NCBI GenBank assembly: GCA_963762115.1
Contig: CAVXJH010000003.1
Span: 480,001 to 544,000, forward strand
Length of the DNA: 64,000 nt
Source of the DNA: Candidatus Babeliales bacterium
GTDB lineage: Bacteria > Babelota > Babeliae > Babelales > JANWKD01
Reading direction: 5' to 3'
The notes under the pieces are model-generated. The model was given only the letters and a program-made list of their open reading frames with translations. It searched no databases and was not told where the DNA came from. This document shows, one piece after another, positions 40,060 to 50,444 of this stretch. The stretch's first letter is position 1. Each line of letters starts with the position of its first letter. The translations under genes and the position numbers were made by a program.

Positions 40060-41031
40060 GTGAAAACGATGAAAAATAAAACATTATTATCAACAGTAAC
40101 ATTATTTTTGTTGTTACAGACACAATCAATAGTAGCGATGGATCTGAGAAATTATTTTAATCCATCTAACCTACTCACAAACAATTTGAATTTTTTAAAA
40201 TACAGCCCACTTGCAATTGTAGCTGTTTTATCAATCTCAATGCAAAATTATTTTGCATCAACAGCTTTGAAAGCTCTGCGCAAAGAAGAAAAAAAGGATC
40301 GCGAAGTTGAGATGGAAGTTACCATTCAATCAGAAGCTGCATTAGTTACATTGGTAACCGAAGAAGTCACTGTAATCTCTAATAACGTAAGTGATGGCAG
40401 ACAAGACTTAAAAGAATACCAACATCTCAGACAAATTAAAAACAAAAAAATGAAAAATATTTTTGAACAAAATCAAGCTGCTCAATTAGACTATTGTAAA
40501 AAAAGAACAAATAAAATAATTGCACGCCTTGAAACAGGGGAAAAGGAGCGCGAAATATCCACACAAAGAGCTTTACATAATTTATTTGAAATACAAGAAA
40601 AAGAATTCGGAGAAATAAGCTGCAAGGCTAAATTATTCGTTGAAAAAGAAGATAAACAACATGCAAAGTTACAAGCAGAATTTTTTGAGACTAATGAAAG
40701 AGCGCAAGAACAACTATATAATCAAACCGAACAAATGCAAAGTCAATTAACCCGTATTAAACAAGCAGTTCATCGTCTTAATAATGAATCACAAAAAAAC
40801 AATGCAAAGTTACAAAAAAAAGAAAGAAAAACTAAGGAACAGCATAAAAAACAAGAACAATTAAAAAGTATATGTAGCAATTTCAAGCAACAATTTGCAC
40901 ATCTCAAACAGAAATTAGAATCTCAACAATCTAGAAGACAAATAAATCAACAAAATTTATATCGTAGTAATAGACCTCAATTGTCTAGGGAAGATCTTAA
41001 AAACGCTATATTTGTTGTTTCCAATAATTAA
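40060..41031 (+). CDS. Secreted coiled-coil protein
   Basis: Signal peptide ...SIVA-MD; Q/K/E-rich helical body. Confidence 0.7.
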   Translation: MKTMKNKTLLSTVTLFLLLQTQSIVAMDLRNYFNPSNLLTNNLNFLKYSPLAIVAVLSISMQNYFASTALKALRKEEKKDREVEMEVTIQSEAALVTLVTEEVTVISNNVSDGRQDLKEYQHLRQIKNKKMKNIFEQNQAAQLDYCKKRTNKIIARLETGEKEREISTQRALHNLFEIQEKEFGEISCKAKLFVEKEDKQHAKLQAEFFETNERAQEQLYNQTEQMQSQLTRIKQAVHRLNNESQKNNAKLQKKERKTKEQHKKQEQLKSICSNFKQQFAHLKQKLESQQSRRQINQQNLYRSNRPQLSREDLKNAIFVVSNN

Positions 41032-41062
41032 TATTAATAACAATTTTGACGGGGAATTTATC

Positions 41063-42034
41063 ATGAGTAAGGGATGGTTTTATTTATCGGGAATTATATT
41101 TTTAATTACCAGTTCATTAAACGCAATGGATGTCAGTAAAAAAGCAATGATTAAAATAATCATAGATGGAAAAGAATCTTTAGTACCGCTCATTGATACA
41201 ATTCAAGAATATGCTGTTGATACACAACAAATACAAAAAAAATCATCGAGTTTATTAAGATCAACCTTTAATTTTATTTGTAGTCATCCAAAAGAAACAT
41301 TAGAGTTTTTTGGATGTGCCACAATTATTGGTGGAATAATTTTTTTTGCAAAAAATAAACATGATAAAGAATTTGCAAAACATAAAACTAAAATTTTTCG
41401 AATAAGACAAAAACATAATGAATTAAAAACTACTATACAACAACAATCTCAAGCACACATTTCGAAATTATTGAATGTTGCTTCAATACTAGTAACAGAA
41501 TTATGTGAGGATATAAAAGCTGATAATACACAATCTCTTTTAGAGATTGATCAAATAACTAAAGAAATCGAAGAACGTAATACAATATTGCATAAATTTC
41601 AAAAAAAACATTTTGCTAATGTTGATCAAGCAATAGAACAATTAGACCAACACGAAAAAGAACATCTTGCAAAAGTTATTTTTGAGGCTAGAAAACGCCT
41701 TGAAGGATCGTTTAATTCATTTAACAGCGAATTTGATACATTCGGAAATCATTTAAGTCACAACAGAGAAAAATTAAGAACACAAATCAATGAACAGTCA
41801 CAGCAAAATGCCAATCTTACTCAATATTGCGCAGCTCGAACGCAATCAAAAATTAGATCTATAACGCCTGTGCTTGAAGAAGCAGAAGAACTATCAAGAA
41901 ATTTTCAAGATTTATTAGATAATGATACATATGAACTACTAACTGAAGAAGCACTTAATGAAACACTTGAGCTAGCAAATTCTGGACAACAAATATTAAA
42001 CGAACTTGAAAGACTTTTAGATTCAAAAGATTAA
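41063..42034 (+). CDS. Secreted coiled-coil protein with one TM
   Basis: ATG 41063 with GGGG SD; signal peptide ...SLNA-MD. Confidence 0.7.
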   Translation: MSKGWFYLSGIIFLITSSLNAMDVSKKAMIKIIIDGKESLVPLIDTIQEYAVDTQQIQKKSSSLLRSTFNFICSHPKETLEFFGCATIIGGIIFFAKNKHDKEFAKHKTKIFRIRQKHNELKTTIQQQSQAHISKLLNVASILVTELCEDIKADNTQSLLEIDQITKEIEERNTILHKFQKKHFANVDQAIEQLDQHEKEHLAKVIFEARKRLEGSFNSFNSEFDTFGNHLSHNREKLRTQINEQSQQNANLTQYCAARTQSKIRSITPVLEEAEELSRNFQDLLDNDTYELLTEEALNETLELANSGQQILNELERLLDSKD

Positions 42035-42062
42035 CGTTAACATTTCTTTATAATCACTATTA

Positions 42063-42086
42063 AGGGAGATCAAAAATGATCTCTCT
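42063..42086 (+). terminator. Terminator hairpin
   Basis: AGGGAGATCA-AAAA-TGATCTCTCT then T-run. Confidence 0.65.
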
Positions 42087-42115
42087 ATTTTTTAAATTCA
42101 AAACACAAGGCTTCC

Positions 42116-45001
42116 ATGAAAAAACATAGTATGCTCTTCACCATTTTATTCACCATCGCAAGTTCATTACCCCTATATTCAATGGAAATGAGTGTTAATG
42201 AAATAAAGAAAAACATCCAAACTCGTATAGCTAAAGGCGATGATGATCTTGATATGCCTGATACCGTTGGCGTTATACCTTTAATTTTTGCAGCACAACA
42301 AAATGATGCTGATCTTACTCATGAACTTGTTGCATTTCGTGCCACTGTTGATGTTCAAGATATGCAAGGATCAACGCCATTGTTATGGGCAATACGTAAG
42401 GGTAATGTTACTCTTGCACACCATTTAATTGATTATGGTGCACGTGGTGATATTCAAGATAAAAGTGGCAATACACCCTATTCACTTGCTTGTGATTATT
42501 CTCTCAGTGATATTGTAAACCGTATTAAACCCGAAAAAACAACTCCAGAAAAGGGTAAAGAAATAGAAGAATCTTTAGAGCAACCTCAAACAACCGGAAA
42601 ACAAAAAGAATATAAGAAAAAATCCCAAAAAGCTTTCACGGTATTATGTCTTACAAATGCTCGTAAAAACAGTGTGGAAACTCAAAAAAAATTATTGACA
42701 ATGTTCACTGAAGAAAAAGCCCAGTTAAAATCTTCAGCAAAAAAATCATCAACAGCACAAGATGATTGGTATCAATTATTCACGGCAGTTTCTGAAAATA
42801 ATCTTGAAAAGGTAACACGCCTCCTTGAAGATAAAAATACTGATATCAATGCACAAACACCATCAGATTGGACAGCACTTACCCGTGCTTGTGATCAACT
42901 CAATGTTGAAATGGTAGAAAAATTAATTGAACACAATTCTATCATTGTTGATCTTCCCCTTAAAAGAGGTACCACTCCTTTAATGATTGTAGCATCAAAA
43001 GTTGCACCCGCTTCACAAGATGATAAAACCGGAAAAAACGCTTTTAAGATTGTAAAATTATTGCTTGAACATGGTGCTCATATTGATGCCCAAGATAATG
43101 ATGGCGCAACCGCATTAATCAAGTCTCTTATGAGTGGCAACATTAAAACTGCCAAGCTTCTCATTAAGCTTGGAGCTGATACAACAATAAAAGATAAACA
43201 TGGGTTTAATGCTCTTTTTTATGCTGCAGGAAAAGGACATCTACCTATTGTTGAAAAATTAATCAAACGTGGCACACCTGTTGATGCAACAACAAAACAA
43301 TGGAATCCTGTTACTCAGACAATTTCAGAAAGTCATTATGAAATTGCACAATTGTTACAAGCAGAAGCAGCAAAATTATTAGATGAAGTAGAAGAATCTC
43401 TTAAAAATCAAGAAACAGAACAAACGGTTTCTAAAAAAAATAATAATCAAAACAATGTAAGCCTTTGGGAACGATTCAAAAAAAGTATTACAGATTCAAC
43501 AAAACCGGTAACAAAAGATTTTCTCTTTGCGAAAGATCAAAAAAACTTAAAAAAATGGTTAAAAAAGACTACATCAAAATTAAGATACATTCATGCTCAT
43601 GATATGCAAAATGCAATAGAAATAGGCAATGCATTATTATCTAGAAGTTATGAACAAACAAATGAATGGTATTGGGTGACCATTGGGATTTATGAAAAAA
43701 TTTGTAATGATCATATTGAAATAATACGTATCTTGACTCAATGGTTATGTGCAAAAAATAGAGGCCTTCCAATGACACCCTTGCACATCGCCATAATGAA
43801 AGGTTCAACAAGAGTAGCTCAATGGTTAATTGAAACAAGCAAAGACATTGAATCGGATTCTTATTATGATGGATCCACACCTTTACTATTAGCAATACAA
43901 AAAAACGAATCTAAAATTGTTCAATTATTAATCGAAGCCAGTGTTGATTTAAACAAAAGTAATAATGATGGAATAACACCATTAATGACAACAATTGCAA
44001 ACAAGCAACCAGAAATTGCACGATTATTAATCGAAGCTGGAGTTGATGTAAATAAAGAACAAGATAATAATCTCTCTTTATTAATGTTAGCAATTGCACA
44101 TAAACAAACAGAAATTGTTCAATTATTAATTAAAGCCTGTGCTGACGTTAATAAAAGTTGTAATGGAATGCAACCATTAACACTAGCAATAAGCAATAAT
44201 GAACCAGAAATTACTCAATTGCTCATACAAACTGGTGCAGATATTGATAAAGAGGATAATAATGGACTTACACCATTATTATTGGCAATACTAAAGAATC
44301 AACCAGAAATTGCTCGATTATTAATTGAAGCTGGTGCCGATGTAAATAAACCTGATAATGATGATTGCACACCATTAATAAGTGCAATTGTAAATAACCA
44401 ATTAGAGATTGCTCAATTATTAATTAAAGCCAGGGCAAATGTTAACGTTAATCTTCCCGATAGAACAGGAATTGCCCACAAAAGCTTAAGTCTCTTAGAA
44501 TATATAGCTAAGCAACCAAAATTACTAGAAATTTTTTCCTGTATTCTTGTTCATAATGCTGACCTGAGTGAAGCAACAAAACTAAAAATGCGAGTATGGG
44601 CAATTGAGGAAAACAATCAAAAAGCAATTGAAACATTAGACGCTTTTAATATTGATTATGATCTTGGTGGTTTTTATAAAATTTCTAAAGATGATCAACA
44701 AAACAAACAAACTGCCAATAATCCAAGAAGGACGATTGTTCATGCCATTGAAAAATCAACAGGGAAACCGACTGATTTAATAGAATTAATTGAAGTACTT
44801 GATAAATACAATATGCTTAATCAAGAAGCTATGGAAGATATTGAAGAAGCAGCCAATCAAAAAGCATCCATAGCAGCAAACCAAAGGGCATTTTTATTAT
44901 CCAGGGTACGTGATAATTTAACCCGTTTAAATACTATGCAAGAACATATACATCAACTGCAGCAGTCTAAACAAAATCCACCTTCTAAAGGAGATAAATA
45001 G
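42116..45001 (+). CDS. Secreted ankyrin-repeat protein (961 aa), paralog of 35706
   Basis: MKKH...IASSLPLYS-ME N-terminus like 35706; three ankyrin blocks in the same arrangement. Confidence 0.9.
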   Translation: MKKHSMLFTILFTIASSLPLYSMEMSVNEIKKNIQTRIAKGDDDLDMPDTVGVIPLIFAAQQNDADLTHELVAFRATVDVQDMQGSTPLLWAIRKGNVTLAHHLIDYGARGDIQDKSGNTPYSLACDYSLSDIVNRIKPEKTTPEKGKEIEESLEQPQTTGKQKEYKKKSQKAFTVLCLTNARKNSVETQKKLLTMFTEEKAQLKSSAKKSSTAQDDWYQLFTAVSENNLEKVTRLLEDKNTDINAQTPSDWTALTRACDQLNVEMVEKLIEHNSIIVDLPLKRGTTPLMIVASKVAPASQDDKTGKNAFKIVKLLLEHGAHIDAQDNDGATALIKSLMSGNIKTAKLLIKLGADTTIKDKHGFNALFYAAGKGHLPIVEKLIKRGTPVDATTKQWNPVTQTISESHYEIAQLLQAEAAKLLDEVEESLKNQETEQTVSKKNNNQNNVSLWERFKKSITDSTKPVTKDFLFAKDQKNLKKWLKKTTSKLRYIHAHDMQNAIEIGNALLSRSYEQTNEWYWVTIGIYEKICNDHIEIIRILTQWLCAKNRGLPMTPLHIAIMKGSTRVAQWLIETSKDIESDSYYDGSTPLLLAIQKNESKIVQLLIEASVDLNKSNNDGITPLMTTIANKQPEIARLLIEAGVDVNKEQDNNLSLLMLAIAHKQTEIVQLLIKACADVNKSCNGMQPLTLAISNNEPEITQLLIQTGADIDKEDNNGLTPLLLAILKNQPEIARLLIEAGADVNKPDNDDCTPLISAIVNNQLEIAQLLIKARANVNVNLPDRTGIAHKSLSLLEYIAKQPKLLEIFSCILVHNADLSEATKLKMRVWAIEENNQKAIETLDAFNIDYDLGGFYKISKDDQQNKQTANNPRRTIVHAIEKSTGKPTDLIELIEVLDKYNMLNQEAMEDIEEAANQKASIAANQRAFLLSRVRDNLTRLNTMQEHIHQLQQSKQNPPSKGDK

Positions 45002-45044
45002 TTCCAAACAACTTTGATAAATTTCCAGGACATTAAAATTATTT

Positions 45045-45086
45045 AAGACGAGAGAGATCAATCATTTTTTTGATCTCCCTCGTCTT
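45045..45086 (+). terminator. Terminator hairpin
   Basis: AAGACGAGAGAGATCA...TGATCTCCCTCGTCTT-TTT. Confidence 0.7.
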
Positions 45087-45183
45087 TTTAGTATTGTCAT
45101 ATCAACTATAACCTTGCGCTTTATTCCCCCGTTATGTTTGTCTCATAAATGAATATCATCATTGTTAGTAATAAGGCTTTAAT

Positions 45184-45705
45184 ATGTTAAAAACAATAAT
45201 TTTTCGTACAATATTAGCAATTCATTCAGCGCTTGTATTTCACGAACTGAATGCTGTATGTCCCGTTTGTACTCTTGCCGTGGGAGCAGGAGTAAGTCTA
45301 TCAAAATGGTTAGGCATTGATGACACTATTACAGGCTTATGGATTGGCGCATTAACAGCATCAATGATAGCTTGGACCGTTACTCTTTTATCACGCTATA
45401 ACATTCGCTTTTATGGTAGAAAAATTTTAGTAACAACAAGCTACTTTGCTCTTACCCTTTGGCCCTTATATCACAAACATTTAATTGGCAATCCTTTAAA
45501 CACCTTATGGGGATTCGATAAACTTTTATTAGGCATAGTTATGGGTGTCATACTCTTTACTATAAGCTGCCTTTGGTATTATTACCTCAAATTAAAAAAC
45601 AAAGGGCATGCTTATTTTCCTTTCCAAAAAATTGCTATGCCTATCGGGTTTCTTTGTGTTGGCAGTATTATTTTTTACCTTATTGTGAGATGTAATGGAA
45701 AATAA
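45184..45705 (+). CDS. Membrane protein with CPVC motif
   Basis: Signal-like N-terminus, AVCPVCT, GIDD, FPFQK; about five TM. Confidence 0.7.
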   Translation: MLKTIIFRTILAIHSALVFHELNAVCPVCTLAVGAGVSLSKWLGIDDTITGLWIGALTASMIAWTVTLLSRYNIRFYGRKILVTTSYFALTLWPLYHKHLIGNPLNTLWGFDKLLLGIVMGVILFTISCLWYYYLKLKNKGHAYFPFQKIAMPIGFLCVGSIIFYLIVRCNGK

Positions 45706-46282
45706 AATTAAAGATTTAAATGAGTTAATTGCAAAAGTAGATCAGATGAAAAAAAAAGATAAAATGGATCTTTCATCTGATCAAGATCTCAGCATTGCCA
45801 TTATGAACCTCATCAGCATAGAAGAACATCTTTTCTTTTCCGGCGCAAAAACAGGCAAATCTGCCTATTACGATTTAATCTATGAAGTTCGCAACATGCG
45901 TAAGGAACTGTTAAAAAAAATGATTAAAGAGTATGAAGGCGAAGTTTGGTGTATATCAAAACATCTTTTGGCATCCTCAATGCGCCTCATGGAAGTAGGC
46001 ACAAAACAACTTGATATGGGCAATAAAAAAGAAGCCTATGATCTTTTTGGAAAAGCTTATGATCTTTATGCCCTTTTTTGGGGTCTTAATATGCAACTCA
46101 TTACTTCTGAAACCGTTAAAAAACATGCTATCGATCCAATTAATAACACTGCTGCCAATAATGATCCCCTTAAGAATGACCCCAATAACAATAGTTCATT
46201 GCATAACTCTGAAGAGAAAAAAGGGGTTATGAGATTGCTCGGAAAATTGGTAAAAATGGCGATTGATTGTTGTCTTGAATAA
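45695..46282 (+). CDS. Hypothetical helical protein with EEH / WCISKH / DCCLE motifs
   Basis: Overlaps previous gene by 11 bp; clustered His/Cys/Glu. Confidence 0.7.
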   Translation: MENKIKDLNELIAKVDQMKKKDKMDLSSDQDLSIAIMNLISIEEHLFFSGAKTGKSAYYDLIYEVRNMRKELLKKMIKEYEGEVWCISKHLLASSMRLMEVGTKQLDMGNKKEAYDLFGKAYDLYALFWGLNMQLITSETVKKHAIDPINNTAANNDPLKNDPNNNSSLHNSEEKKGVMRLLGKLVKMAIDCCLE

Positions 46283-46403
46283 TGTATATAGTATGTTTTA
46301 CTTAATCATGCAATAAATACCTATCTTGCACAGACGCCATTAAAGTAACCCAATTTTAATATTGATCATTGTATGATACTATAAAAGCATAAGAAAGGCT
46401 TTT

Positions 46404-47612
46404 ATGGATCACTTACGCAAAGATTTTCCCATTTTCTCATCATCGCCACAGCCGTTTATTTATTTTGATAATGCTGCAACAACTCAGAAACCTGAATCGG
46501 TTATTGAAGCAATGAGCAATTTCTACCGCACAGACTATGCCACCGTGAATCGCAGTATGTATGCACGAGCAGAAAAAGCTACCGAAAAATATGAAGCCGT
46601 GCGAGCACAAGTAGCTTCTTTTATTGGTGCAGAACCATCAGAAATTGTTTTCACCAAAGGGGCAACTGAAAGCATTAATATGGTTGCAACTGCATGGGGT
46701 AGAGAAAATATAAAAACAGGCGATGAAATTGTACTCAGTGAGCTGGAACATCATGCCAACTTATTGCCTTGGCAACAGATTGCACAAAAAACGGGGGCAA
46801 TGCTGAAATTTATTCCCATAACTTCAGATGGCACTTTAGCTTTAGACAAACTTACCGAAATTATAACGCCAAAAACCAAATTAGTGAGCATTATTCATGT
46901 CTCCAATGCTCTAGGAACTCATAATGACTTAGAACCCATTATAAAAGCTGCTCATAAAGTCGGCGCTCGAGTTCTTGTTGATGCAGCACAATCAATTGCC
47001 CATCAAAAAATTAATGTAAGCCTAATGAATCCCGATTTCTTAGTGTTTTCAGGGCACAAAATGCTTGGCCCAACCGGCGTTGGTGTTCTCTATATAAAAA
47101 AAATAATACAACCTGAGATGCCTCCTGCACAGTTTGGAGGCAGTATGGTTTTCCAAGCAACCTACACCGATGCTCAATGGTTACCAGCGCCAGCTTGTTA
47201 TGAAGCAGGAACTCCTCCCATTGCTGAAGTTATTGGCCTTGGAGCAGCATTAGAGTATTATATCAAAAACATTGATTTTACAGCGTTAAAAGCTCATGAA
47301 ACGGCATTAACCGCTCATACTATTGCTGGGCTAGAAAAATTCCCGGAAATACGAATTTTGGGCCCTATAAAGCAACTTAAAGAAATGGGTCATATGGTAA
47401 GTTTCACCGTTGAAGGGTATCACCCTCATGATATTGGCGCCTACCTTGATGCGAAGGGCATTGCGGTGCGGACTGGTCATTATTGTGCTCAGCCACTTGC
47501 TCAACGATTGGGAATTACTGGTTCAATTAGGGTCAGTTTTTCTTGTTATAATACGATTGAAGAAGTTGATTATTTCCTTGAAATAATGAGAAAATTGTTG
47601 GGTAAGTCTTAA
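46404..47612 (+). CDS. sufS: Cysteine desulfurase
   Basis: YFDNAATTQKP, EHHAN, SGHKMLGPTG (PLP Lys), RTGHYCA. Confidence 0.93.
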   Translation: MDHLRKDFPIFSSSPQPFIYFDNAATTQKPESVIEAMSNFYRTDYATVNRSMYARAEKATEKYEAVRAQVASFIGAEPSEIVFTKGATESINMVATAWGRENIKTGDEIVLSELEHHANLLPWQQIAQKTGAMLKFIPITSDGTLALDKLTEIITPKTKLVSIIHVSNALGTHNDLEPIIKAAHKVGARVLVDAAQSIAHQKINVSLMNPDFLVFSGHKMLGPTGVGVLYIKKIIQPEMPPAQFGGSMVFQATYTDAQWLPAPACYEAGTPPIAEVIGLGAALEYYIKNIDFTALKAHETALTAHTIAGLEKFPEIRILGPIKQLKEMGHMVSFTVEGYHPHDIGAYLDAKGIAVRTGHYCAQPLAQRLGITGSIRVSFSCYNTIEEVDYFLEIMRKLLGKS

Positions 47613-47643
47613 AATTTTATAAACATAAATTTTATTATCTCTC

Positions 47644-48051
47644 GGCCCTATGCGGGCAGCACAAAGGTATTGCGTGCCTCCGCCTACGCTTATCCAGGCC
47701 TTCAGGCTTGGCAAGCTTCGTCGGACAGGCAATATACCTTTGATACAAGGGCATCCGCCTTCGCCAAGGCTTCGGCGGACAGGCCAACCCTTCGAAGCGT
47801 TAGCGTAGTAGGGCCGCGCGAATATACACCACTCACTCATTGATGCCTTCAGCATCAAAATTCCAGGTGCACGTCGCACTACCGGACTAACTTATTTATA
47901 AAAATTTCGCCATGCAACATCTATAAATATTCCGTTGAGCAAGACTGTTAGACGATCTGCAACATCTTTGCGAAGGTTTTCCTGTCCTTCGTAGCTTGCC
48001 AAGCCGGAAGGCGTGGATAAGCGTAGGAGGATGCCTAGCCGGCACGAGGCT
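47644..48051. repeat. Family B repeat copy 3, with extra nested palindromic modules
   Basis: Reverse complement of 21981-22301 with added CC(G)CCT(A/T)CGC...GGACAGG modules; far TIR degenerate. Confidence 0.88.
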
Positions 48052-48148
48052 TATTTGACAAATTGACTAAAAGAGATTAATTTTAAAACATAATAGTTAT
48101 TAATAGTTATAATAATTACAATTCAGACTATCAGATATGGAGGTATCA

Positions 48149-49303
48149 ATGATTTTCTTTTCACTACAAAAACGATTTTTTACCCTGCTTTTAGGTGTTT
48201 GCCTTGTGGCAATGCCAATACTTCAAGCAACTGAACCGGTTGCCACACCCCCAATCACACAAGACACTTGGGGAACTGCTTTGAGTAAAGCATGGAATAC
48301 AACACTTTTAGTTGCACCCACTCTTATTAATACCTGTACAGAAGTAAGTAAATTGTCATCAAACATTCAAAAATATCAAATTGGTGATACAGCAGTTAAA
48401 CCTGAGATACAAACAGAAATCCAAAAATTAATGCATGAACAAAATATTCCCAATGCATGCGATATTGAAATAATTGCAATGCGAGGAGCACTCTATCAAA
48501 TGTCCTTTGCTCATGACACCGCATTACCAACGCCACAATGTGTTCAAGTACAATCAACATTCAAGCATAATGTTCTTGGTGTTTATGTAACTAATGCATG
48601 CATCTTTATTGATGAAGATATTATTAACTTTGAAAAAAGTCCGTTACTTTCAACATTTTTGATAAAGCATGCTTTAAAAAAATTTAAAAATAATGAGTAT
48701 AGAAATACCATTTTTGCAAAAATAGGCTTGGGGTTGGCAAGTGGTGCAGCATTATATAAAACAATACCACTCGTAAACAGCGGTATGCAAAAACTTACCA
48801 ATGCGGTTGGTTGGACATCTTTTAGTGATTCACAAAAAAGTGGCATCTTATTAAATACAGCACGCGTTGCCCTTAATGGGATCGTTTGCCCCATGATTGC
48901 ACAATCAATCGTTCAAAAACTTTCATCTCAGGCTTTTGCATGGTATAAACAAAGCACCCATGAAGAAATCGATGAAACATTAGTTGCACAAGATGACATT
49001 CTTCCCCTTATTGTTGAATTAGCAAAAATTGTTGCTTTCTACCGAGTTGATCCAATCCTTGAACATATTGAAGGACAATTCGCCGGACAAAGACAAGAAG
49101 AAGCTCTTGCATGTGCTTATATGAATGAATTGTGCATATTGGCAAACAAATTGTTCACCACAACAAGTATTATTACCTGGCTTGACAATGAAATGAGTAA
49201 TCAAGATAATGCCAAAACAGCATTTATCTTGAAGCATTATAAAATGAATTTTTTTTCAAAACATCTCAGTGATACAGTCATTGATACGGATGCTAAAAAA
49301 TAG
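48149..49303 (+). CDS. Exported hypothetical protein
   Basis: GGAGG before ATG 48149; signal peptide ...PILQA. Confidence 0.7.
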   Translation: MIFFSLQKRFFTLLLGVCLVAMPILQATEPVATPPITQDTWGTALSKAWNTTLLVAPTLINTCTEVSKLSSNIQKYQIGDTAVKPEIQTEIQKLMHEQNIPNACDIEIIAMRGALYQMSFAHDTALPTPQCVQVQSTFKHNVLGVYVTNACIFIDEDIINFEKSPLLSTFLIKHALKKFKNNEYRNTIFAKIGLGLASGAALYKTIPLVNSGMQKLTNAVGWTSFSDSQKSGILLNTARVALNGIVCPMIAQSIVQKLSSQAFAWYKQSTHEEIDETLVAQDDILPLIVELAKIVAFYRVDPILEHIEGQFAGQRQEEALACAYMNELCILANKLFTTTSIITWLDNEMSNQDNAKTAFILKHYKMNFFSKHLSDTVIDTDAKK

Positions 49304-49319
49304 TTAATACTAATACTAG

Positions 49320-49351
49320 ATAATGCTGATGGTTTGCTCCATCAGCATTAT
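49320..49351. terminator. Hairpin between convergent genes
   Basis: ATAATGCTGATGG-TTTGCT-CCATCAGCATTAT then T-run. Confidence 0.7.
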
Positions 49352-50352
49352 TTTTTTGCATCAGAAGCATCTTCTTTCTGACTATTTTCTTCCCAATACT
49401 GTATTAAAAAATTCCCAGCATCACTATTTTTATTCTTTTGTGCATAAAACAAGGGAGTCATTTGATAATCATCAAGGCTCAAACTTTCTGCATCAAAATT
49501 CAATAATAATTGCACCGATTTAACATTACCCGCTCGCATTACCTTATGCAGTGCCGTTTGCCCACACTTATTTTTTTCATTAACCGTTGCTTTGTTTTTT
49601 TCAAGCAATAACAATAACCCTTTATAAAAACCCCAATCTGCCGCATTATGCAAAGGAATATTGCCATATCGTCCTACACAGGTTTCCTGAGCACCATGAG
49701 CAAGCAACCGCGTCATAATCTCCACATACTCCTTTTTTGTGCCTCTTTTTGGTGCTTTATTTGGCGTGAATGATACTGAATTTGGCAAAGGGTCTTCCAT
49801 AAAAAAAGCATAATCATAATGCATAAAACCATTTTCAATAGTACCCTTTATTTCATGACAATAACCTCGTAACGCTGCTAAATGCAAAGGTGTATCACCA
49901 TGAATACTAACACATTGCACATCAGCATTGCGCTCAAGAAGTAATTTTGTAACATCAGAAAATCCCCATGTTGCAGCCTTATGAAGTGCCGTTTCTTGCA
50001 GGCAATCACCTTTGTTTATATCCATGGAAGGATAATAATCCAATAACTTCTTAACTGTTGGCAAGCTTAACGGGTTAGGATATAGCAACACAAAATAATG
50101 TAAAATACTCAAACGGTTCCAAGTTTGAGCAACATAATGATGATCAAGATATGCATAGAGTTCATTTGGCATTCTAATACGACATATATCAATAATTGAT
50201 TCATCACCTTTTTTCAAAGAAGTAATGATGACGTCAGTTACCATCTTTTTTAATGACGGCATCACCGGCTTTTTTTGATTCTCCATACCAAGAAGATTAT
50301 CAACAAACGCAACGAGGAAAAATAATAATAGATAGAATTCTGTTCTTTTCAT
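49348..50352 (-). CDS. Secreted ankyrin-repeat protein
   Basis: Signal peptide ...NLLG-ME; TALH/TPLH repeats; PSLK motif near N-terminus. Confidence 0.85.
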   Translation of the reverse strand: MKRTEFYLLLFFLVAFVDNLLGMENQKKPVMPSLKKMVTDVIITSLKKGDESIIDICRIRMPNELYAYLDHHYVAQTWNRLSILHYFVLLYPNPLSLPTVKKLLDYYPSMDINKGDCLQETALHKAATWGFSDVTKLLLERNADVQCVSIHGDTPLHLAALRGYCHEIKGTIENGFMHYDYAFFMEDPLPNSVSFTPNKAPKRGTKKEYVEIMTRLLAHGAQETCVGRYGNIPLHNAADWGFYKGLLLLLEKNKATVNEKNKCGQTALHKVMRAGNVKSVQLLLNFDAESLSLDDYQMTPLFYAQKNKNSDAGNFLIQYWEENSQKEDASDAKK

Positions 50353-50444
50353 TTCTTTAAAACAATAGTAAAATTAAAAAAAATAACCTAACAGTAATAA
50401 GTATAACAATCTCTTACTCTCACGTCATTAATTTCTAAACATTC

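Noticed and set aside
47523..47879. 118-aa minus-strand ORF
   Set aside because: Translation of the GC-rich repeat, overlapping sufS antisense
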